From: a virus
Length of the DNA: 64,000 nt
Strand: one strand, 5' to 3'
IMG/VR virus record: IMGVR_UViG_3300025009_000051
Span: 96,001 to 160,000 of that record
The notes under the pieces were generated by a model, which saw only the letters and a list, made by a program, of their open reading frames with translations, searched no databases and had not been told where the DNA came from. The translations under genes were made by a program, and so were the position numbers. Below are positions 1-10,100 of the stretch, one piece after another; the first letter of the stretch is position 1; every line of letters begins with the position of its first letter.

Positions 1-2
1 AT

Positions 3-296
3 GTTAGGGGAATGTATAAAATCATAAATCATTCTACTCCAGACGATTTTGTAATTAGTACAATGCAAACTCATTCAGTCAGAGATTTTTGTGAAATAGC
101 ATTTAAAAGTTTAGATTTAGATTATAAAGATTATGTTGTTCAAAATCCAAAGTATATGAGAGCTGAAGAATTACCCTATTTAAGAGGAGATTCAACAAAA
201 GCAAGAACAGTATTAGGATGGAAGCCAGAATATACTTTTGAAACAATGATACAGGAAATGGTCAATCATTGGCTACATATTTTGCAGAAAAATTAA
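3..296 (+). CDS. gmd: GDP-mannose 4,6-dehydratase, C-terminal part (gene starts before the window)
   Basis: Frame open to the window edge; VRGMY..PDDFVI...THSVRDFCEIAF and LRGDSTKARTVLGWKP match the Gmd C-terminus. Confidence 0.85.
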   Translation, partial: VRGMYKIINHSTPDDFVISTMQTHSVRDFCEIAFKSLDLDYKDYVVQNPKYMRAEELPYLRGDSTKARTVLGWKPEYTFETMIQEMVNHWLHILQKN

Positions 297-315
297 AGAT
301 TTTTTAAAAAATTTT

Positions 316-324
316 ATATTTATT
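316..324 (+). promoter_or_regulatory. Putative late-type promoter ATATTTATT
   Basis: Same 9-mer or a 1-nt variant precedes several operons: 20569, 36679, 44612, 55141 on +; 15324, 16878, 24920 on -. Confidence 0.5.
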
Positions 325-345
325 GTAAATATAAACAATAATCAA

Positions 346-900
346 ATGGCGTATCAACTATATTTAGATAAATCCAAACTATTCGAATGCGACATTAAAT
401 TAAATGGCGCTTCCATAAAAAATACCACTGCAAGACTTGTATTAGAAAATTCTGATTATAATATCATGTTCTATGGTAAAGTAGATTCAGAGGGAAAATG
501 TTCTATCCCAATCAAAAAATTAAAGACTTTAATTGAAGAAAAGGAAACAGGAAATATAAAATTAGAAGTAATTGCAGAAGAAACTTATTTCATTCCTTGG
601 CAAGATACATTTGAAGTATTAACCAGTAAATCCGTTCAAGTAGAAATAAAAAATATTGAAAAACCAGTTGTAGAAGAAAAGAAAGTATCGGTTCAAGTAA
701 AAGATGATTATAAAATAGATTATATAAGTTTGTTATCTGAAAAGATTACTTCTATGGGATTAAATTATAAAATGATTTCTGAGAATAAAAAACCTGTGTA
801 TAATATCATGAAACAATATTTTGATTCGTTGAATATATCTGTTAATTTGAAAAAAGAATTCAATGAATTAATGAGAAATTTGAAAAGTCATAAAAAATAA
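346..900 (+). CDS. Hypothetical protein (late-type promoter upstream)
   Basis: 184-aa ORF; no motif recognised. Confidence 0.7.
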   Translation: MAYQLYLDKSKLFECDIKLNGASIKNTTARLVLENSDYNIMFYGKVDSEGKCSIPIKKLKTLIEEKETGNIKLEVIAEETYFIPWQDTFEVLTSKSVQVEIKNIEKPVVEEKKVSVQVKDDYKIDYISLLSEKITSMGLNYKMISENKKPVYNIMKQYFDSLNISVNLKKEFNELMRNLKSHKK

Positions 901-942
901 GTTTGATTTTCATATATTCCCCAGAATGAGATATTTTGGGCC

Positions 943-972
943 AGTCCTTTAGAAATAGAGGACTTTTTGTTT
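943..972 (+). terminator. Intrinsic terminator
   Basis: AGTCCT/AGGACT stem followed by TTTTTGTTTT. Confidence 0.6.
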
Positions 973-1123
973 TATATGTTGATCCATATAATCTGCTTCG
1001 TTTGAATTATTTTATATGTTCATACATACACTCCTTAAAAATTAATTAAAAAATAAATTAATTAATTCTTTGTTTATTCAAAAAAAATCACTATATTTGT
1101 TTATAAATTTTAAAAAAATAATT

Positions 1124-1705
1124 ATGAAAACACTAAAAAAGATTAAATTTATTCTTATATTTTTGTTTCTTTTTCCGCTATATATTCACCAAACTCCAGT
1201 TTTTTCTGAAAGTGTATATAAATATAATGTGCTAAAAGATCGTTTAAAATATGAGTTTATATATAACAGAATAATACAAAAAATCAAGGAACATGAGACC
1301 TTTAGTGGAGTAAGATATCATACTGGCATAGATACAGATGGTTGGACAATTGGATATGGACACAAAATAAAAGCTACAGATAATATTCCAGATACAATAT
1401 CAGAGGAATATGCAGATAGTTTATTAATAAAAGATTTTGAAGGTGCTATAAGAATGGTAAAATTTTATACTCCAATTTTAAATAAAGAAGAAAATAAATA
1501 TAAGATGTTAGCAATGAGTCATTTTGTATTTGCTAAAGGAATTGGAAATTTTAATAAGAGTAAATTGAAACAATTAGTAGAAGAGGAAAAACCAATAGAT
1601 AAAGAAATACTGAAATGGATAGTGGTTAGAAAAGATGGAGTTATTAAATATAATCAAAGAATGTTAAAGAATAGATTATTAGAAATAGAAATTTATAACT
1701 TATAG
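1124..1705 (+). CDS. Phage lysozyme (GH24-like) with N-terminal hydrophobic anchor
   Basis: IKEHE...WTIGYGHKI...EEYADSLLIKDF motifs; start taken at ATG 1124 after TATATTTG at 1092-1099. Confidence 0.75.
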   Translation: MKTLKKIKFILIFLFLFPLYIHQTPVFSESVYKYNVLKDRLKYEFIYNRIIQKIKEHETFSGVRYHTGIDTDGWTIGYGHKIKATDNIPDTISEEYADSLLIKDFEGAIRMVKFYTPILNKEENKYKMLAMSHFVFAKGIGNFNKSKLKQLVEEEKPIDKEILKWIVVRKDGVIKYNQRMLKNRLLEIEIYNL

Positions 1706-1768
1706 TAAAAATATTTTTTTATTTCAAAAAATCTACATATATTTGTATAAACTTTAAATATTAAAATT

Positions 1769-1945
1769 ATGTTTGAATATGAATTTTTCTTTAAAAGGAG
1801 TAGTTTCAAAGAAACAAATAAAGTAAAATCTGCAAAAGATTATATTGCAAGGAAAAAAGCTAAGTGTGCAAATCAAACTCATAAAGGTGTAAAAAAAGAA
1901 CATAAATTTGATTTTTTACCTGGAGGGGTATTACATTGTAATTAA
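1769..1945 (+). CDS. Small basic hypothetical protein (58 aa), not in the ORF track
   Basis: ATG to TAA read by hand, just downstream of TATATTTG at 1738-1745. Confidence 0.55.
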   Translation: MFEYEFFFKRSSFKETNKVKSAKDYIARKKAKCANQTHKGVKKEHKFDFLPGGVLHCN

Positions 1946-1963
1946 TCATTAAAAATTAAGAAT

Positions 1964-3619
1964 ATGATACAAGTTAATAGGTATGAAGTGCAACTCGTTG
2001 AAGTGTTCAACAAAAAAGGAAATTCTCTTGGATTTTTAAACGAACATGAATTTAATGATTTAAGATGTCAAATTGCAGAACAAAATGCAATTGGATATTA
2101 TTTAATGTTCGACGGTTCAAAAATAGAAATTGAATCTAATGGAAGAATTAAAAATTGGCCATATGATTTATATAGCATTAATGAACAATTGCTTGCGAGA
2201 TTATTCAAAGCACAATTAATGAAAAAAAACATATACCCGAAAATACCAGTAGAAGAATTTTTAGAAGCGCAGAAACAGTTATTAAACATACCAAATGATA
2301 TTCAGCAAAGTAATCAATTATATTGCAGTGTGGTAGGAGCAGGATTATGTCCATATGAATATGAGAATGGCAAATGTAATTTAGAAAGTAAATGTACAAA
2401 TCAGATCACAAAAGATATAAAATAATAAAAATAAAAAATAAATATTATGGGAGTCATGTCATGTTCAAGAAAAGATTGTGGTAACATAATGTGTGATACC
2501 TATATTCAATCTATAGGTTATATCTGTTCCTATTGCATATCAGAATTTAAAGATTATTTGGAAAAAAATGAATTAAATCCAAAGACAGAAGGGCAGATAA
2601 TTAATGAATTAGAAAAGTTTATGCAAATTTCTAAAGACAATACAAGCAAAAAAGAAATGTCTGTAAATGAATTTTTTGATATCCATTCAAGATAAAGATA
2701 TTTACAAATTAAAAAATAAAAATCAAATATAATAAAATTATGAAATCACCGGAAGAAAGATTAACAAGAGGCACAAACGCTTTTATTAATTGTACAGATT
2801 ATGATGAGGCCATCAAAGCAATGAAAGAATATGCAATTGAATATCATGCTCAGCAAATAAAAGAATTGGAATATTCAATTAATGAAAATGTAATAGAATT
2901 AAATGAATTAAAAGAAGCAGTGAGAAGAAATCTCATTAAAAATGATATATCAATAGTGAATATAATTGCTGTTGGGCACAATCTCATAAGAGCATATGAA
3001 AGCAAAGATTGGAGTAGAGTTCATAAAAAAATTGTAGATTTTATTGATTCTTACAATTATTTAATAACAGAAATGAATAAAAAAGAAACTCCATTTGAAG
3101 ACAGAATATTAGAATTAGAAGCAAAAATTGAATTATTAAAAAAAATAAATTAATATGAAAATGTATTCAACAAAACAAATTCGAGAGTTTCTTGAAACTC
3201 AATTCATCTATTATTCAGAAGAATTTATTGAAGAAACCATGCAAGAAATTCAAGACAAAAAAATAGAATATTTAAAAATTCATCAAAGATGTTATTTTGT
3301 AGACGAACAAATTGAAGGTGATTTTGAGTATGTGGTATCAAATGATAGAATAAAAGAAAACACGAATACCGTTTCAGAAGGATTGAATGGAGATTGGTGT
3401 TTTAATACTATTCATAAGACAATCTTTCAAGTAGGAGATATTACTAATTATGATTGGAAGATTATTGCAACAAATAATCCAAAATTAAAGTTACCGAAAA
3501 TACCTAAGAATGTTTATGCAATATCAGAATTTTGGAAAGAAATTATAGTAGAATATGAATTTGTAGATAATGAATGGAAACCAAAAATAAATGGAGATAA
3601 TGAAATAATTTTAATTTAA
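1964..3619 (+). CDS. Run of four hypothetical ORFs: 1964-2425, 2447-2695, 2740-3153, 3155-3619
   Basis: Tightly packed co-oriented ORFs; 2447-2695 has CxxxxC and CxxC motifs. Confidence 0.65.
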
Positions 3620-3620
3620 A

Positions 3621-3652
3621 TTTGTTTGTTTCATTTTAATATTGTATATTTG
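3621..3652 (+). promoter_or_regulatory. Bacteroidota-type sigma70 promoter TTTG-N20-TATATTTG
   Basis: Matches the established Bacteroidota -33/-7 consensus; TAnnTTTG also at 15404 (+) and 36640, 42001, 44561, 51560, 62978 (-). Confidence 0.7.
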
Positions 3653-3677
3653 TTTATGAAATTAAAACAAAAAAGAT

Positions 3678-4016
3678 ATGAAAAAAATTAACTTATTATT
3701 CAAAATTATTTTGTGTTCAATATTGATTTTTGGTTTTGCTTCTTGTAATGAAGATGCAGGAATAACCACAAAACGATTAAATGGAGACGAACAATATTTA
3801 CCAGAAGAATTAAAAGGTTTGAAGATATATTCGGTAGCACTCGATCAAGGTGGTTATGTTAAAGTAGCTGTTCTGGATAATAAAATAAATTCAACAACTT
3901 ATCGCGTGAGGAAGGCAGATGAATCAGTAATTATATTGAATAGACAAACCAATAAATTAATTGAAGTAAAAGAAATTTTGGTAGAAAACGATAGCATTAT
4001 TGTATGTAGAAAATAA
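3678..4016 (+). CDS. Putative lipoprotein
   Basis: Basic N-terminus, hydrophobic stretch, lipobox FASC. Confidence 0.65.
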   Translation: MKKINLLFKIILCSILIFGFASCNEDAGITTKRLNGDEQYLPEELKGLKIYSVALDQGGYVKVAVLDNKINSTTYRVRKADESVIILNRQTNKLIEVKEILVENDSIIVCRK

Positions 4017-4046
4017 TCTATTAGATTTAAATATAAAAAACAAGAA

Positions 4047-4721
4047 ATGAAAACAGAAAACGAAAAATGGTATTGCCCAGTATGTAAATCAGAAGTGGTT
4101 TATGAAAAGCACAGAAATTGTCAAACATTAGATGAGCACGTTTGCGATCCAAATGGAACTCCTTCATCAAAACCAACTTATCATTGTAGCAATCCAAAAT
4201 GTATTTGTAATAAGCAAAAAGTTTTTTGGGATTGGTATGGTGACATGTACGGGGGGTTTAAAATTCCAGACACTACCTTTATAAATGGTAATGATTCTCC
4301 TTTTGGTTCTCACTCAAGAAAACAAAATGTTGAAATTTACAAGAAAGGCTTACCGAGACAAAAATATTTATCTCCTTGGTGGACTCTTAAACTTTGGCAA
4401 CCAATGATTGAATATCATTATAAATCCAATACAGATGGGGAAGTATTAAAGAAATGGACAAAGATTGAATTCCTCAAAAAAACTGCTGGATTCGATAATA
4501 AATATTGTACTCATGTTTCTTTGTGGAGTCACACTTTAAATTTCTTATTGAAGAATGCAAAAAGACATTACAGAACAAACCAAATTGAAAGGCTATTCAA
4601 AAAATCAAACAATCGTGATTTTATATATAGGTTTGCAGAAAAGCTTGTTATACTTCTTTATTTACGAACTTATTTAAAGGAAGGAAAAAAATTGGATAAT
4701 AAACCAGATTTTCGTTGGTAA
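4047..4721 (+). CDS. Hypothetical protein with N-terminal Zn-ribbon motifs
   Basis: CPVC and CSNPKCIC motifs. Confidence 0.65.
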   Translation: MKTENEKWYCPVCKSEVVYEKHRNCQTLDEHVCDPNGTPSSKPTYHCSNPKCICNKQKVFWDWYGDMYGGFKIPDTTFINGNDSPFGSHSRKQNVEIYKKGLPRQKYLSPWWTLKLWQPMIEYHYKSNTDGEVLKKWTKIEFLKKTAGFDNKYCTHVSLWSHTLNFLLKNAKRHYRTNQIERLFKKSNNRDFIYRFAEKLVILLYLRTYLKEGKKLDNKPDFRW

Positions 4722-4730
4722 AAATAAATT

Positions 4731-4758
4731 TTGTAATCTTAATTTTTTTAGTTATAAT
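4731..4758 (+). promoter_or_regulatory. Promoter TTGTAA-N16-TATAAT in front of orphan omegaRNA copy B
   Basis: Same TTGTWW-N16-TATAAT geometry at 17865-17892, 47989-48016 and 55085-55112 (all on -). Confidence 0.6.
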
Positions 4759-4779
4759 TCTTGCATATAAAACAAAATA

Positions 4780-4877
4780 GGGCCGAGTAGGTCCGAATTA
4801 ACGCCTTTGGAGAGTAACTCGTTGGAGCCTCATTGAATTAGGAAAAATGAATATAAAGAAATTTATATGAAATTTAA
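4780..4877 (+). ncRNA. Orphan TnpB omegaRNA (reRNA) scaffold, copy B
   Basis: ~83% identical to the tnpB 3' end at 19120-19218 and 96/98 identical to 51445-51542; no tnpB upstream. Confidence 0.8.
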
Positions 4878-4903
4878 TATTATGTTTTCGTTAAACTAAT
4901 AAA

Positions 4904-5966
4904 ATGAAACACAAAATCAATTCAGGTAAACTTCCTTTCTATATCGAATCTTTCGAAGTAGAAAAATCTTCTGTTCATATTTCATTTGAAACCTATACTT
5001 GTAAATGGTTAATAGATGGAATTAAAACAGAATATAATATCTTTGAATATCGCATTACTTCTTTATTTGATCTTACTGAAATCGAAGCAATGGATTTAGT
5101 TCAACCAATTATGATTGAGAAAGGAGAAATTATAGACGATGTGACAGGTGAACAATTAAAAGAAGATATGCTCATTGGATTTGAAAATTATATGAAAAAA
5201 CCTAAGCATGCGAATATTATGCATTTTAATTCTGCAATAGATTCTCTAAAATCTTTAATTCAATATGAATATTCAGAATATGATGATTCAAAAAATTATT
5301 TATTGATTATACCAAAACAGTTTAAAAATGGAAATTCTACCACATGAACTCACAACGACTAAAAAAATGAAGCAATCCTTTTATAAAAAATATTTAGAGT
5401 ATTCTTGGTTAGATGCTTTCTATTCTTTCTTTCGTTATGAATTAACCAATCTATTTAAAAATATTTGGTTATTCAGAAAAGATTTATGGAAATTTCGTTG
5501 GTATGATTATGGATATACTCTTAATATTCTACAGACATCTTTAGAAGCTATGGAAAAAGGAATGCATAATGGATATGAAGTACCTGAATCAAGAAATAAA
5601 AAAATTGCTAAAATGCAAAGATCAATTCAAATTTTAAATAATATTAAAACAAATAATTATTATGAATTGGCAGAAAATGAATTACATTTAAAATATACTT
5701 ATGTGCCTTTTGATTTTGAGCCATTAAAAAATAACCCAGAATATTTTAAATTAGTGTCTAAAGAATCTAAAGAAGTTAAAGAAACAAATCGTAAAATTAG
5801 TGATAGAGCGAGAGAAATAGAACAATCGGAATGGAATGAATTATGGGATATTTTTAAAGGTCGGGATATTAACGAATACATAAAATTAAGAAAAGAAAAT
5901 GAGAAAGATAATGGATTATACGATAATTGGTTTGACGGATCTGGAATGTTAGGTTGGTGGGATTAA
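4904..5966 (+). CDS. Two hypothetical ORFs: 4904-5347, 5328-5966
   Basis: Overlapping co-oriented ORFs; no motif recognised. Confidence 0.65.
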
Positions 5967-6153
5967 AAGATTTTTTACTATAAAAATAAATCAAATGAAA
6001 ATAAAAATCGATAGAATATTGTGTCAATTTTATGTAATTCCTTTCGTTAAAATAACCTATGATAAATGGTTAAATGGAAATTACGAATTAATAATTGGAT
6101 GGCTGAATAGAGAGATTATAATATCTATTCAAGTAATACCGTAAAATAAACAT

Positions 6154-6381
6154 ATGGCAAAAAATAATAAAATGAATAAAGAAATTATTTCAAAATTTAG
6201 AATTGGAAATAAAGCAAGTAAATTAAAAGGTTATAAATTTCCTTGTACCATTGTATCTGTTTTTAAAACCCTGAAAGGTGAAACAAGAGTGGTTGGCGAA
6301 ATGGATGAATATGGATTATTACATATATTCAATGAAGATCAATTAGAAAAAAATATTGATGCTGAGGAATTACCGTTTTAA
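6154..6381 (+). CDS. Small SH3/KOW-like protein, possible distant DfrB (R67-type DHFR) homologue
   Basis: FRIGNKASKLKGYKFPCTIVSVF...RVVGE...LLHIFNEDQLE parallels the R67 layout; identified by eye only. Confidence 0.35.
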   Translation: MAKNNKMNKEIISKFRIGNKASKLKGYKFPCTIVSVFKTLKGETRVVGEMDEYGLLHIFNEDQLEKNIDAEELPF

Positions 6382-6822
6382 CAAAATTAATATGAATGAA
6401 TATTTAATAAAATTATTTGTAAAACTATTAGAATTGCAAGGTTTAAATCGAATAATTAATTTTAATATAACCTCTTCTATAGAACCTACTTCAATAGATA
6501 CAAAAGGAAATGTGAATAATACAATGTATATTGATATAAAATGTCAATCAAAGCAAGATACTCAATATATAAATACTGAATTCGTTATTACTAAAAAAGG
6601 AATTGAATTTAAATAAAATATATGAATGAAGAATTAAAAACATCTGAAGAATGGCAAAAAATACATTCTCAAATTACTATATTTGATCCAGATGGATGGG
6701 ATAGACAAAATTTTCAATATTCTTGGCATGAAGAATTAATTACAGAAGCAGAGTTTCAAAAAAGAGTATTTAGCTCTACTTGTCTCGGTGCAAGCAGTTT
6801 ATTTCAAACAAAAATAAGATGA
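6356..6822 (+). CDS. Two hypothetical ORFs: 6356-6616, 6622-6822
   Basis: Co-oriented ORFs; no motif recognised. Confidence 0.6.
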
Positions 6823-7451
6823 CATTAAATGATATAAAAGCAATTTTTTATGCCGAGTGTCTTAAACATACTTCAGACATTCCAAAAATAAATGAATTGT
6901 ATCATACAATAGAACAAGCATACAAAGATAGATATTTTCACAATCTTTATCATTTAAAAAATATGTTTGAAAAATTACTTGAAGTAAAAGGGCACATTCA
7001 AGATTGGAATTCTATAGTTTTTTCTGTATTCTATCATGATATCATTTATGATCCTACTTCATTAATTAATGAAGAAAATAGTGCTTTTTTAGCTGTAGAA
7101 GAATTAAAGAAAATAGGAGTTCAAGAAGAACAATTAAATAAAATTAAACAACAAATTTTATCTACCGGATCACATACCAACCCAACTTCATTATCGGATA
7201 TAGATTATTTAATAGATGCTGATTTTTGTTTGTTGGGATCACCTTGGATAATATATGATAGCAATGGATATCTGATTAGACAAGAATTTGAGTTGTTATC
7301 AGATATAGATTGGAGTAAAGGTAGAAAGAAATTTTTAAAAGGATTATTGAATAGAGATTCAATTTTCTTAACTAAACATTTTATGAACAATTATGAGAAT
7401 AAAGCTATAGAAAATATTACCAGAGACTTAACTAATTTAATGAAAATATGA
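6819..7451 (+). CDS. HD-superfamily metal-dependent phosphohydrolase
   Basis: YFHNLYH, FYHDIIYDP, NEENSA and IDADFCLLG motifs. Confidence 0.75.
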   Translation: MTLNDIKAIFYAECLKHTSDIPKINELYHTIEQAYKDRYFHNLYHLKNMFEKLLEVKGHIQDWNSIVFSVFYHDIIYDPTSLINEENSAFLAVEELKKIGVQEEQLNKIKQQILSTGSHTNPTSLSDIDYLIDADFCLLGSPWIIYDSNGYLIRQEFELLSDIDWSKGRKKFLKGLLNRDSIFLTKHFMNNYENKAIENITRDLTNLMKI

Positions 7452-8604
7452 AAAAATATAATATTATTGTGATGTATCCTGGAATGAATAGTTTAAGATA
7501 TACAATTACAGGTAACTTTTTGGGGTCTGATTTTGGTTCTAGGGCATACGTATTCGAATTAGAAAATAAGAAAAGAATGTATTTTCCTGTAAATTTAACT
7601 ATAATAGAAGAACAATGAGACGAGATATCATTACCAAATTATTAGAATCAATTCCATTAGAAACAAGAATAAAAGTTTCTATAGAATGTGCATTTATTAC
7701 TTTAATAACTGAATTGGGATATCGAGAATCAAAAATGTGGACAGATGAAGAACAACCTATATTAGATAAACTGATGAAATTAGCAAAGGAAGAAACAGAT
7801 AGTATTTTAAAGGAAATAGAAGAATGGAAGAAAGGTCAAGATATAAACGAATACATGGAGTTAAGGAAAATAAATGAGAAAGATTCTTGGAAGTATGAAT
7901 GACGTACTACAGAATTAAATAATAATTAACTAAAAAAATATGGAAGGATTTCATTATAAAGATGGATTATTTTTTAAACGAAATAAAGATAATTCAGTTA
8001 CAATAACACAATTAAAAGAAAACAACATTAATTGCACAGAATCTATTTTTGAAGTTATGATAGATGAAAATGGTTGGGCTTCAATTGTTTCTTCAGTTAG
8101 TAATAAAGGAGAGGAAGATAATAGATTTTGGAGAGCATTACAATTTCACAATGAATAAATTTAATAATTATGGAAAATGATTGGCTTAATAAATATATGA
8201 GTTTGCAGCAAGCAATAGAAGCAATGTCAGAAGAAAATGAAAAATCTTGGGATGAATATGTTGATAAAATAATACACCAAGATAAAATATTACAAACACA
8301 ATTAGAAAGATTCCATATAAAATATTCAAATAATTTTTCTGAGATTGTTGAAAAAATAAAAGAAAAATATCAAAGTGATAAATATAGAAGTCATTGGTAT
8401 AATCAAGGAATTGAACCACCTGAACCCCTATATGATTTTTTATTCGATTATGCAACAATATATGGAAGAGAATGCCACGAAGAAGAGTGGAAAAGATTGG
8501 GAGGAATATTCACAACTCAGATATATTTTGTGAATGATTATTATTTTTGTCTGCAACAAGGTCAAGGTGCATATATAAGCATACATAAAAAATTACTTAA
8601 CTAA
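7448..8604 (+). CDS. Four hypothetical ORFs: 7448-7618, 7615-7902, 7940-8158, 8170-8604
   Basis: Co-oriented, with ATGA stop/start overlaps. Confidence 0.6.
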
Positions 8605-8614
8605 AAAATATAAT

Positions 8615-9775
8615 ATGAATATAGATCATCAATACATTGAATTATTAAAAGATATTTTAGAAAATGGAATTAAAAAAGAAGTTAGAACCGGAGTAGGTAC
8701 TCTTTCTGTTTTTGGTAGACAACTCCGACATGATATGAAAGAAGGGTTCCCATTAATTACAACTAAAAAAATGTATTGGGGAGGAATTGTAACTGAATTA
8801 CTTTGGTTCTTGAGAGGAGACACAGATATCAGGTATTTATGGAAAAATAATTGTCATATTTGGGATGGAGATTGGTATAAAGCATATTCTAAATCTTGTT
8901 CTACTCCTTATTCATTAAAAGAAATGATTGAATTTGGATTAGAATGGGAAACAAATACAAGATTTTTTCATAAATCTGTTTGGGAGCTCGGTCCAATTTA
9001 TGGGAAGCAATGGCGGAGTTGGAGTAAGCCGGATCTACTATCAATAGACCAAATCCAACATTTAATCAATACCCTTAAAACAAATCCGGATTCTAGAAGA
9101 TTAATGGTTAATGCTTGGAATGTAGGAGAATTAGATGAAATGGTTCTTCCACCCTGCCATTATGGATTTCAAGTTTATACAAGAGAATTGAGTATAGTTG
9201 AAATGATACGAATTGCCAAATATAAGGATGAACAAATTCTAATAAATCAACGAAAAGAAAGAATAAATGAAATTAGTGAACAACTATTAAAAGATAATAT
9301 TCCAACACGAGCAATCTCTTTAATGTGGAATCAAAGATCGGTAGATACATTTTTAAGACTTCCTTTCAATATTGCTTCATATGGTTTATTACTTGAGATT
9401 ATTGCTAAAGAAGTGAACATGATTCCAGATCAATTAATTGGAAATTTAGGAGATACACATTTATATTTAAATCATATTGAACAAGCTAAAGAACAAATTG
9501 GTCGAGAATTAAGTTGGCCAGAAAGAATTGATAAAATGTATGAAATAAATAAAGACATGGCTAAAAATATATCAGACCAATGGGCGCTAAATCATGCATT
9601 CCTAGATGATTTAAATATTCCTAAAAGAACAAGAGAACCACTTCCATTACCTAAATTAGATAAGTTACCAGAATATTTCCTTAGGGGTTCAGATTGGAGC
9701 TGCTATGAACCAAAAGATATTAAATTATTAAATTACAAATCTCATCCTGAAATTAAAGCACCATTAAATAATTAA
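8615..9775 (+). CDS. thyA: Thymidylate synthase
   Basis: RTGVGTLSVFG, ELLWFLRGDT, LGPIYGKQWR, LPPCHY, NQRSVD, GDTHLYLNH motifs; contains insertions. Confidence 0.95.
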   Translation: MNIDHQYIELLKDILENGIKKEVRTGVGTLSVFGRQLRHDMKEGFPLITTKKMYWGGIVTELLWFLRGDTDIRYLWKNNCHIWDGDWYKAYSKSCSTPYSLKEMIEFGLEWETNTRFFHKSVWELGPIYGKQWRSWSKPDLLSIDQIQHLINTLKTNPDSRRLMVNAWNVGELDEMVLPPCHYGFQVYTRELSIVEMIRIAKYKDEQILINQRKERINEISEQLLKDNIPTRAISLMWNQRSVDTFLRLPFNIASYGLLLEIIAKEVNMIPDQLIGNLGDTHLYLNHIEQAKEQIGRELSWPERIDKMYEINKDMAKNISDQWALNHAFLDDLNIPKRTREPLPLPKLDKLPEYFLRGSDWSCYEPKDIKLLNYKSHPEIKAPLNN

Positions 9776-9800
9776 TTTTTAAATATAAACTCAAACAAAA

Positions 9801-10094
9801 ATGAAAAAAACAAATTATCATTTATTCTTCTTCTTTGCACTCGTTATTATATTATTAATATTATTATCAGGTTGTGCAGATGTGACAAATGTTCAATCTT
9901 GTGCAACAACTGATGCCGCAGGATTTTTGAGCGGATTATGGCACGGATTTATATGCTGGGTAAGTTTCTTTGGCAGTTTATTTAGTGATAATATTGCCAT
10001 GTACGAAGTAAATAATACAGGAGGTTGGTACGATTTTGGATTTGTTCTTGGATCAGGAATTTTATTAGGAGGAGTAGGTAGATCATCTAAATAA
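9801..10094 (+). CDS. Small membrane lipoprotein
   Basis: Lipobox LSGC, then hydrophobic GLWHGF and GWYDFGFVLG segments. Confidence 0.65.
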   Translation: MKKTNYHLFFFFALVIILLILLSGCADVTNVQSCATTDAAGFLSGLWHGFICWVSFFGSLFSDNIAMYEVNNTGGWYDFGFVLGSGILLGGVGRSSK

Positions 10095-10100
10095 AAAATT

